Virus record (IMG/VR): IMGVR_UViG_2830022421_000002
Coordinates: 4,013 to 68,012 of that record
DNA: 64,000 nucleotides
Strand: one strand, 5' to 3'
From: a virus
Lineage: Duplodnaviria > Caudoviricetes
Shown here: positions 1 to 8,075 of the stretch, in pieces
Numbering within the stretch: the stretch's first letter is position 1
Layout: each line of letters opens with the position of its first letter
Notes under the pieces: generated by a model
Told to the model about the DNA's origin: nothing
Database searches by the model: none
What the model saw: the letters and a program-made list of their open reading frames with translations, nothing else
Translations under genes and position numbers: made by a program

Positions 1-603
1 TGAAATATTAGAATCTTCCATTCCATAGCCAATAAACACAACTGTCTTTGTTACAATCCTTTCTTTTATTAAATGCCAAATAGGGGTATTATAATCAATA
101 TTATAGAAGTTAGTATAGTCATCTTTGGTTATAACTATCTTATCTGATTTAGTAAAATCCCCATGAATCTTTACTATTGAAGTTTTATCCTCTTTTATAT
201 AAGGAACATCTGAATCAATAACTATTTTTTGTCCCCTTTCTTTATAAGCATCCTCTAAAAGAGTATCATAATTTGTTGTTATAATAGTTTTTATATGAGG
301 TATTTGAGAAAGTAAATCATGATATTCTGTAGATGTAGGTTTATTATAGATTATATTTTCTTTTAATAGCTCAAATAATTGATTCCTAGAACCATTTCTT
401 ATATTTACAAAATCATTAGCAATATCTTGGAGTGCTTTATTACCTCCAATAACTTCTTTTTCTTCTTTTGTGCAATTTGAATATATTATTTGAGCAAGTT
501 CTCCTCCCATAGGATAACCTGCATATTTAGAAAAGCCTGCACCAATCCATAATACAACATCTTCTTTACGAACTAATTCAAAAAGTCTTTCTTTATTATT
601 CAT
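1..603 (-). CDS. SIR2-like (SIR2_2) NADase-domain protein, C-terminus beyond the window (absent from the ORF track)
   Basis: Manual translation from ATG at 603: MNNKERLFELVRKEDVVLWIGAGFSKYAGYP...IITTNYDTLLE...VKIHGD...VVFIGYGMED. The GAGxS, TTNYD, KIHG and FIGY motifs are typical of SIR2_2. Confidence 0.85.
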   Translation of the reverse strand, partial: MNNKERLFELVRKEDVVLWIGAGFSKYAGYPMGGELAQIIYSNCTKEEKEVIGGNKALQDIANDFVNIRNGSRNQLFELLKENIIYNKPTSTEYHDLLSQIPHIKTIITTNYDTLLEDAYKERGQKIVIDSDVPYIKEDKTSIVKIHGDFTKSDKIVITKDDYTNFYNIDYNTPIWHLIKERIVTKTVVFIGYGMEDSNIS

Positions 604-607
604 GCTT

Positions 608-2224
608 TTAGCTATTTATCTGTATTAATATGTCTTGGTGTTTTAATTTATTTTCTCTCCATTCTTCAACCTGTAATGTGGGAGGGACTCCAATTGCTCT
701 GGTTAGCTCTTCCTCCATTATCCTTTTTACAAAATCTTCATTTCCTTTAGTGGTTACTATTGAATCATGGATAGTAAATATAGGCACTTGTTGCTCCCCT
801 TCTTCCCATATCCTTTTGCAGCATCTATGCAATACAATCTCACTTTCTATTGATTGGAGAAGGCAAGCTAATCTTGCATGCTGTTTTTTCCTATCAACAC
901 CTTTATATTGTCTTTTTATTATTTTAAATAATTCTGCAATAGAAGGGAATTTTTCTCTGTAATAAACTTTTAACCAATGGTTTTCATCATTAGGATTATC
1001 CCTGTTACTGGAGAAAATTAATGTAAACATAGTTGTTTTAGCATCTTCTCTGGATATATCAATTTCCTTTTCTTCTAAAATCCACCTTTGCACAGTTTCA
1101 TACATCTCTCCAGATGAAACAATCCTTTTGTATTCATCAAAATCAGAAGGACTTAGATTGTCAAAGAAATTTCCTAACATAATGGATATGGGGGTTGTGT
1201 TGGATGTTGTAGGGGTATTGAATAACCCTTGAATATTATTGGGTATTTGACTGAATTTTAAATTGGGATCTGTGTTTGACCAGAAATTAGGGTTTGTCAA
1301 TGCACTAACTAAGTAGGGTTGGCTGTTCTTTATATCTATTGAGACTAAGGGTTGTCCATCATAGGTTATAAAGTTCCTATAATCTTTTTGTATGTTGGTT
1401 AATACAGAATGTAATCTATGAATATTTGAGTCAATCTTAGCTTTATAATCATGAGTCTGTACTGCTTCAGCATTATAAATCAAGGCATTATATTGGCTTA
1501 TTGGATTTTTCTTCTCTCCAGAGTCTCTATTTATATCCCAAGCTTCTTCACCTTCTTCTAATTTTTTGTTTTTTAATATTCTACCATATTCTTTAGCCTT
1601 TTGGTAATCAATTCTCAGTTTTCTTTCATTATACCAATGGGATAAATATGAACAATCTAATAATTGATTTCTTTCAAAATCTCCTGTATCTTCATTATAA
1701 ACTGATTCCTCAATAGGTTCAATACTATTTTCAAATCTTCTATATGAATATCTAACTAAATCTGTATTCTCATATATTTCTGAGAATTTATAACCAATGG
1801 ATTTTTCTTCTGGAATGTAATAACCATCTGAGATAATAATTCCTGTATCAATCAAATAATCTAAATAGTCTTTATAATCTTTAAAGAATTTTTGAAGATA
1901 GGTTGAATTAAGAGGTATAAATCCATCTTTTGTAATAGAGTCTTTATTCTTCGCTGGTATAGCACTAATCAGACCAATAAGATACATTAGTTTATCCTTG
2001 TCAAATTTAAGTCCTTTTGAGCTTAAAATTTTGTCTCCATTCAATTCAAATGCACTATAATCAACAAGAGGGTAGTTTCTTAAATGATTGTCAATATCCA
2101 AGTTATCTGGTATAAGGGCAAAATATCCAGAATAAGCTCTCTTTATGTATAAAACTACATGAGAGTCTCCATTCTTCCTAAACTTCTCTATAATATTTCT
2201 AACAATCCTATATAACCACCCCAT
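608..2224 (-). CDS. Divergent family-A (PolA/T7 superfamily) nucleotide-polymerase-like protein, 538 aa
   Basis: Motif A-like SIDIKNSQP, motif B-like REDAKTTMFTLIFS and motif C-like TIHDSIV in the correct order, preceded by RLHSVLTN. No exonuclease motifs recognised. Confidence 0.55.
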   Translation of the reverse strand: MGWLYRIVRNIIEKFRKNGDSHVVLYIKRAYSGYFALIPDNLDIDNHLRNYPLVDYSAFELNGDKILSSKGLKFDKDKLMYLIGLISAIPAKNKDSITKDGFIPLNSTYLQKFFKDYKDYLDYLIDTGIIISDGYYIPEEKSIGYKFSEIYENTDLVRYSYRRFENSIEPIEESVYNEDTGDFERNQLLDCSYLSHWYNERKLRIDYQKAKEYGRILKNKKLEEGEEAWDINRDSGEKKNPISQYNALIYNAEAVQTHDYKAKIDSNIHRLHSVLTNIQKDYRNFITYDGQPLVSIDIKNSQPYLVSALTNPNFWSNTDPNLKFSQIPNNIQGLFNTPTTSNTTPISIMLGNFFDNLSPSDFDEYKRIVSSGEMYETVQRWILEEKEIDISREDAKTTMFTLIFSSNRDNPNDENHWLKVYYREKFPSIAELFKIIKRQYKGVDRKKQHARLACLLQSIESEIVLHRCCKRIWEEGEQQVPIFTIHDSIVTTKGNEDFVKRIMEEELTRAIGVPPTLQVEEWRENKLKHQDILIQINS

Positions 2225-2258
2225 CTCTCATCCATTATGTTAGGAAATAATTCAAAAT

Positions 2259-2295
2259 CTCATTTACTTTTTATTAAATATACAAATTAAGTGAG
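2259..2295. promoter_or_regulatory. Inverted repeat CTCATTTA-N21-TAAGTGAG upstream of the polymerase-like gene
   Basis: Seen directly; a near-identical arrangement recurs at 4514-4551. Confidence 0.5.
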
Positions 2296-2300
2296 ATTTA

Positions 2301-4481
2301 CTATATTATAAAATATCTAAGCAAATTATTCTCTACCTTGCCTATAGAGATCTTTCTCTCTCCAAAATTCAGAGGATTTTCTTTTATGGCTACATAGCTG
2401 TTCCTTGGTCTGGATGTTTCAAAATAAGCCTTAAATAGGCTGATAGAAGTTCTTGGTTTTATAGTCTTGTGGAAATGATATTTGACTATTGGTTCTATCT
2501 TCTCATGTATTTCTTCTGGTGTATATCCTTTTCCTGTTTCAAAGGCTTCTCTCATACTTATTCTTAGAGGGTGGTCTTCTGCCAGACACCAGAACATAAT
2601 AGCATTGATAAGCCCCTTGTAAGCTTTAATATTCATATGCCTTATTTCATAGAGGTAGTCTAATAGTTTATCAGATTCTACATATTCGTTCAAATCTATA
2701 AATCTTTCAAGGATAGGCTTCTCTTCTTTGGTGCAGGTTCTTAGTTTCTCTGCAACATACTTATTTAGAACACCTGTAGGCAGCTTTTCTACTTTCTCTT
2801 TCAAGTCTGCAACTAAAGCAGTCTGTAATGAATCTATTAATTCATTTCTGCTATCTGTGAAATGGTTCTCTATTCTCTGTTCTGCTGATTTTTCTTCATC
2901 AGTCCTATTGTTTTCATATTCTATCTGTGTTACCTGATGTCCTTCTGAAACTAAGGCTTTATATAGTTTCTCTTGATTAATATACAGTTCATTGAATAGT
3001 TGTTCTCTTTCTGTCAGAAAATCAATATTAAGGTAGGCTATATCATATTTTCCTTCATTTATAGTAGGTCTTATAAGTGGAATTGGCTGACCTCTGAATG
3101 GGGTTTCAAGGGCTTTGTCCAATATGGCAAGTTTCATTACATTGAATAAATCTATTAAATCCTTATCTTCTCCCTGTATAATATGGGCTGCATTTATCAA
3201 ATCTAAGACTTTATTAGCCTTTTTAATCAATGTATTTCTATATTTAGCTGTAGTCCTTTTAAACTTAGGCTCATAGTCTGTAGTGTTATAGATTATAGTA
3301 TCACTCAATATGCCATCTTTAATTCTGCATCTACCATAGATTTGAGTTATCTTCTTTGTAGTAAGCATTTGATGTGCATATTTTACATTAGAAACAGTGA
3401 TAAGGTGGTAAGTATCATTGATATCTATTCCAGAAAAATAGCTGCAAGTCATAAAATTGATTCTCTTAGGTAATGTAGAATCATCTTTCAATGGGTAATA
3501 ATAAGTTCCTGCATCTTTCCTGCTTGATTCACTGCACATGATAGCACATTCCTTCTGTGTAGATTCATCTATCATAGATATAATATTCTTTACCTGTGAG
3601 ACTGTATTATAGGCTATCAATATCTTATCTTCTGGATATTTTTTTATCAACTCTGTGACTGCATGATTGATGCTGTTAGACTGATTGATATGTATGAGCC
3701 TTATCTCTCTTTTCTTGTGGGATAATTCTTCTATTTCAAATCTGCATTCATTCTGGAATAGAGGATTGGAGAATTCCCCCATTGTAGCAGTTACAATACA
3801 CCTGTTCTTTACATCAAACTTAAAATAGTTATCTATTACTGTTTCTAAATTAGGTCTGTAGTTACTGTCTGCTTGGAGAAGATCTATTTCATCTACCATT
3901 AGGAAGCAATGTTTATAGGCTTCTTCCCCTAGTATATTCATCAAATAATCTAAGCTGTCTGCTACCACTAAAAACTTTAGAGGCTGAGTAGTATTTTGCT
4001 CCAAATAATTAATGATTTCATCTTTACTTACCCTGTCTGTAAATTCTCCTATGGAAGTGCCAACATATAGTACTTTTTTAGGGTTCAGATTATTTTCAGC
4101 CCATTTAAATTTGCTATAGGCTAGTTTCTTTGTAGGTACTACTATTATTGAATGTCTGGGTGATTTGAGTTCTAAGGTTGTTGCACCTACTCCTGTAGCT
4201 TTTTTGTCTACAATTCCATGAGGCAACTTTTGGATAAAATTAGATAGTCTGTATTCATCTGTGAAACCTTGAGATGAACCCCAAATCATAAAATAACCTT
4301 TGTGAATGGTAGTGATTGTTTCTTCTGGATTAGCTCCTGCCAGAGTATCTAAGACTGCTTCTGAAAATAAATCCTTGACTTGATTTTCTATTATCTCTTT
4401 AGGAATTATTTTTTCTTCTTCTTCTTCTTTTGCAGCCTCATATTTTTTGAGGCTGTCTAGTATGCTTATTGTTTTAGCCAT
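2301..4481 (-). CDS. Superfamily-2 helicase-like protein (origin-binding/replication type), 726 aa
   Basis: Motif I variant ATGVGATT, Ia VVPTKKL, II VDEID, III VTAT, V TCSYFSGIDI, VI QIYGRCR. Confidence 0.65.
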   Translation of the reverse strand: MAKTISILDSLKKYEAAKEEEEEKIIPKEIIENQVKDLFSEAVLDTLAGANPEETITTIHKGYFMIWGSSQGFTDEYRLSNFIQKLPHGIVDKKATGVGATTLELKSPRHSIIVVPTKKLAYSKFKWAENNLNPKKVLYVGTSIGEFTDRVSKDEIINYLEQNTTQPLKFLVVADSLDYLMNILGEEAYKHCFLMVDEIDLLQADSNYRPNLETVIDNYFKFDVKNRCIVTATMGEFSNPLFQNECRFEIEELSHKKREIRLIHINQSNSINHAVTELIKKYPEDKILIAYNTVSQVKNIISMIDESTQKECAIMCSESSRKDAGTYYYPLKDDSTLPKRINFMTCSYFSGIDINDTYHLITVSNVKYAHQMLTTKKITQIYGRCRIKDGILSDTIIYNTTDYEPKFKRTTAKYRNTLIKKANKVLDLINAAHIIQGEDKDLIDLFNVMKLAILDKALETPFRGQPIPLIRPTINEGKYDIAYLNIDFLTEREQLFNELYINQEKLYKALVSEGHQVTQIEYENNRTDEEKSAEQRIENHFTDSRNELIDSLQTALVADLKEKVEKLPTGVLNKYVAEKLRTCTKEEKPILERFIDLNEYVESDKLLDYLYEIRHMNIKAYKGLINAIMFWCLAEDHPLRISMREAFETGKGYTPEEIHEKIEPIVKYHFHKTIKPRTSISLFKAYFETSRPRNSYVAIKENPLNFGERKISIGKVENNLLRYFII

Positions 4482-4513
4482 TTTATTTTTAATGTACCTG
4501 AGACTGCATCATG

Positions 4514-4551
4514 CTCACTTAGGTCTTGGGTATTATTAGGATGTAAGTGAG
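4514..4551. promoter_or_regulatory. Inverted repeat CTCACTTA-N22-TAAGTGAG upstream of the helicase-like gene
   Basis: Perfect 8-bp inverted repeat seen directly; same half-site as at 2259-2295. Confidence 0.5.
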
Positions 4552-4554
4552 GGG

Positions 4555-6414
4555 TTAATTATCTAATCTTTGAAGCTCTTGTAATGTTTCTAAAATATCT
4601 TTATGAATAAAACTTGGATATAGCCTATAGCTTTTATCAAACATTTGAATACTTAAATTCTTATGTTTATTCAAGAATGAAAAAGTTTGTATATATAACT
4701 TTTCTAAATCATGTCCTCTGATTATAGTAAACCATTTGGGAAGGTAGAACTCCATACCATTAATTACTTCATATTTTACAATTTCCAAATTTTCATTTTT
4801 GTTTGGATAATTATCTTCTAATTTTGATATTACATTATTCACTATCGTTTGTATATCATGTTGAGATTTATTATAGAAGTTTATAATAGTATCTTCTTCA
4901 TTGAACCCTACTTTTTCCTTCTCATTGTTTTCTGATAAAATAAACATTACAAATGCTATAGGGTCAAAAATATAATTATCAACAGCATATCTATTTTTAT
5001 TACCTAAAACTAGAATTCTTTCATTGCCATTATTTTTTAAATCCCAATCAATAACTCCAAATGTAGTAGTGTTTTTAGCTTTTGTTAATGTGTTAACAAT
5101 ATTCTTCACTTTATCACAACCATCTTCTTCTGCAGAACTTCCTGCTGTGATGAATTGTAATATAATATCATTTGTTAAATAATTTTCAAATTGATTTTGG
5201 ATTATAGTATAAATATTCTCCAAATAAAATTTATCAATTGGAGCTTCTACAAATATTTGTTTAATATTCTCATAATATACACTAATAGAATTTAATCCAT
5301 TTGTTAGTGTTTTTATAGCTTCCTTTTTTGATGATTTTATAATGTATCCTAATTCTCTATGCATTCTATACAAATTTAGCTCTGGAGTTAAAGCCACTGT
5401 TGTTGGACTATGGGTTGTCATTATGACTTTGATATTATTTTCTTTTACCAAAACATTTTGTATAACATCAAGCATTTGCTTACTCATAGTTGGATGTAAA
5501 TATGCATCAGGCTCATCAAAAAGTATTACATCTGGAAATTGAGCTCCTGTATTAGATGAATAGATTGCCAAAATAAGTGAAAAAATTACCTTTTCACCAG
5601 AAGATAAAAAATCTGCGTTTAAGGTGGTGTTAGAATCTCTATCTATTAGTTTAATTTCAAAATTAAATCCCTCACTTTCAATATCTGGAGTTTCTAGGTG
5701 GTATCTAAATTGGGCTATTTGAGCTATTTTATTAAAAGTTATCCATGGGGCTTCATTGAGTTCCAAATTTGCTTTTTTTCTAGCCCAATATTGAATATAT
5801 AAAAATTTTAGATTAGCTGAAAACAAAGTTGAACTTGGTATAGGTTGGTATGCAATATAATAATAAGGGACTAAATATAAATCAGGGCTAGGGTGTAAAT
5901 CTATAATTTTTTTTATTATATCAATATCACTTTGACTAAATGCAGGAAATGTTACCTTCTTGTCTACATAGTCCTGATTACTTTTTCTAACACCAATAAC
6001 CTCAAGATATCTCTTATTAAGCATGCCTAAATTTATATTTTGATCTGAAAATAAATTTATATGATTTATATAGAATAACAATTTATAAGCAATATCTTGT
6101 CCTTTGGTAATAAGTGAATTCTTATCATAGTGATTCCCTAAATCTACATAAGGTGTATCAATCATTCTATATATAATATTTGTAGCAGTTTTATTCTCTG
6201 AAATAATCTCTGCATTATATATAGTAGTAGCATTACCCACACTATCAATCATTGTATGAGGCATACCCATCATAGGATTAACAGACTCATATAAGTGTGT
6301 TAGAAATTGGGTTTTTCCTGTTCCATTCTCACCTGTAATAACTATGAAATTAGGTAGATTGTACAGTTCTACTTCTTTTATGATTATATAGGGTTGGTTT
6401 ATTTTTATATCCAT
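4555..6414 (-). CDS. ABC/AAA_21 ATPase fused to a TOPRIM-like nuclease domain (OLD/PARIS-like), 619 aa
   Basis: Walker A GENGTGKT, signature LSSGEK, Walker B ILFDEPDAYLHP, TTHSP; C-terminal IFVEAPID, GVIDWD, YAVDNY. Confidence 0.75.
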   Translation of the reverse strand: MDIKINQPYIIIKEVELYNLPNFIVITGENGTGKTQFLTHLYESVNPMMGMPHTMIDSVGNATTIYNAEIISENKTATNIIYRMIDTPYVDLGNHYDKNSLITKGQDIAYKLLFYINHINLFSDQNINLGMLNKRYLEVIGVRKSNQDYVDKKVTFPAFSQSDIDIIKKIIDLHPSPDLYLVPYYYIAYQPIPSSTLFSANLKFLYIQYWARKKANLELNEAPWITFNKIAQIAQFRYHLETPDIESEGFNFEIKLIDRDSNTTLNADFLSSGEKVIFSLILAIYSSNTGAQFPDVILFDEPDAYLHPTMSKQMLDVIQNVLVKENNIKVIMTTHSPTTVALTPELNLYRMHRELGYIIKSSKKEAIKTLTNGLNSISVYYENIKQIFVEAPIDKFYLENIYTIIQNQFENYLTNDIILQFITAGSSAEEDGCDKVKNIVNTLTKAKNTTTFGVIDWDLKNNGNERILVLGNKNRYAVDNYIFDPIAFVMFILSENNEKEKVGFNEEDTIINFYNKSQHDIQTIVNNVISKLEDNYPNKNENLEIVKYEVINGMEFYLPKWFTIIRGHDLEKLYIQTFSFLNKHKNLSIQMFDKSYRLYPSFIHKDILETLQELQRLDN

Positions 6415-6496
6415 AATTTGTTATTTAAATTATAACCTCTAAATTTATCATAAAAATAGAGATTATAATTAACATTTTAAGAGTAAGTCTATTATT

Positions 6497-7729
6497 TCAA
6501 AGCAAATTCTTCATAGCTTCATCTATCTGACTATTTTCAAAACTATCCAAATAAATCTGAGTAGTCTTTAAATCTGAATGCCCTAAAGCCTCACTTATAA
6601 TAGCAACATTAATTCCAGACCTTTTCAAAATGGTTGCAAATGAATGTCTTGCACAATATGTCGTCAGAGGAATAGAAAGATTAATGCTTTCCCCAATCTT
6701 CTTTAGATTCTTATTAGCTACATAGGTTACTTTCTTTATCCTTCTGACTTGCTGTTCTGCTGTAGCATGTATAGAATCATCCAAAATAGGAAATATATAG
6801 TCATTATTACTATTCTCATATCTCTGTATAATTTCTAAAGCATAAGGTTGTAATAGAAAACTGATTTGTTTTCCTGTTTTATGCCTTTTATAGACTATTC
6901 TGGTTGAAACTATATTACTCCTTTTTAAATGTGCCATATCCACCATATTTATACCACACCCTAAATAACTGAATAGGAACAAGTCTTTACTGAACTGTAA
7001 TAAAGATTGAGGTCTTTTGCTGATTGTCTGTACATCCAGAGATATAATTTTCTGAATATCCTCTTTAAGAATAGACCTCTTTGGTGTAGAATCTTTCAGC
7101 TTAGAGACATTATATTCATTAAATGGATAATAGTCTTTCTTTACAATGTTATCCTTCACAGCCTTATTATAGACTGCTTTAAGAGTCCTCATTTTTATGC
7201 TGATACTATTGTTTTTATTTCCTATGTTTCTTAAATAAGTTTCATATTTATTCAGAAATGGTACATCTATATCTACAAATTGTAGTTGATTAATTTTTGT
7301 AAACCTTTCTAAAGAATTATACAATGCTTGATAATGGGTTGCATTGCCTATTCTATTTTCTTTTGTCAGTTTTTCTATGACTGAATTTAGATAATCACTT
7401 ATAGATATATTCTTTGTTGGTCTTTCTACAGCCTCAATTAATTGATTTAAAGAAAAGTCTTTTCCTATAGATTGAAATTCCAAGACTTGTTTTTGAAACT
7501 TAGATAATTTTTCTGTTATGATATTTTCTAAATATTCAAAATTAGGGCAATTAGGCTTAATCTTATTTTTTGTAGCATCCCAATAGCTTTTTTCTATAGA
7601 AATACCTAATCTTATTACTTTCTTTTTTCTGTCTTTTACAAGCCTTAAAACTATTGGTATATAGCCTTTTGATGTTAATCTGTAGGTCTCTGCGACTGCT
7701 TCTATTTTTACTCTCATTTTTGTAGCCAT
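6497..7729 (-). CDS. Tyrosine integrase (Bacteroidetes type) of the left island, 410 aa
   Basis: N-terminal arm-binding domain, SYLGCGINMVD, YCARHSFA, LGHSDLKTTQIY. Confidence 0.92.
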   Translation of the reverse strand: MATKMRVKIEAVAETYRLTSKGYIPIVLRLVKDRKKKVIRLGISIEKSYWDATKNKIKPNCPNFEYLENIITEKLSKFQKQVLEFQSIGKDFSLNQLIEAVERPTKNISISDYLNSVIEKLTKENRIGNATHYQALYNSLERFTKINQLQFVDIDVPFLNKYETYLRNIGNKNNSISIKMRTLKAVYNKAVKDNIVKKDYYPFNEYNVSKLKDSTPKRSILKEDIQKIISLDVQTISKRPQSLLQFSKDLFLFSYLGCGINMVDMAHLKRSNIVSTRIVYKRHKTGKQISFLLQPYALEIIQRYENSNNDYIFPILDDSIHATAEQQVRRIKKVTYVANKNLKKIGESINLSIPLTTYCARHSFATILKRSGINVAIISEALGHSDLKTTQIYLDSFENSQIDEAMKNLL

Positions 7730-7739
7730 TTTGTAGCCA
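7718..7739. repeat. Tandem 11-bp repeat TTTTGTAGCCA x2, probable integrase arm-type sites
   Basis: Perfect tandem overlapping the integrase start codon. An analogous 11-nt periodicity (GTGCAA) occurs at 8042-8058 before the other integrase. Confidence 0.5.
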
Positions 7740-7815
7740 CAAATGCCTAAAAAGGATTCAAATCATATCAAAAACTACTAATACTTTTACCTCTTGCATA
7801 TCCAAAAATATCTTG

Positions 7816-7823
7816 TATCTTTG
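7816..7823 (+). promoter_or_regulatory. Bacteroidetes -7 promoter box (TATCTTTG) of the tRNA
   Basis: Matches TAnnTTTG 15 nt upstream of the tRNA 5' end, with TTG(C) at ~7794-7797 in the -33 position. Confidence 0.7.
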
Positions 7824-7837
7824 TCCCACAATAAAAA

Positions 7838-7924
7838 GGAGAGGTGCTCGAGTGGTTGAAGAGGCACGCCTGGAAAGCATGTATACGGGTAACTGTATCG
7901 AGAGTTCGAATCTCTTCCTCTCCG
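7838..7924 (+). tRNA. tRNA-Ser(GGA), CCA not encoded; probable prophage attL
   Basis: Acceptor GGAGAGG/CCTCTCC+G, anticodon loop CT-GGA-AA, long variable arm, T arm GAGAG-TTCGAAT-CTCTT. One C-A mismatch in the anticodon stem. Confidence 0.95.
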
Positions 7925-8075
7925 CCTGATAAATAGATGATTATGAATATATAGTCATCTATTTTCATGTTGTATATATCCAAAAATATAAATATATTTG
8001 GGGGCATATCAGGGCAAAAAGTGGACTTTTGAGGAAAAACCGTGCAATTTGTGTGCAAAAAAACAATAGTAAATT

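Larger units (their letters stand above)
1..7760 (-). mobile_element. Integrative genomic island (integrase plus replication-like and defence-like cargo), extends past the left window edge
   Basis: Tyrosine integrase beside a tRNA, followed by four co-oriented, tightly packed, very AT-rich genes. The far boundary is not visible. Confidence 0.7.

Noticed and set aside
608-2224. T7-like single-subunit RNA polymerase call
   Set aside because: IHDS fits, but the protein is much shorter and motif A lacks the DGSCSG pattern; kept only as PolA-superfamily-like.
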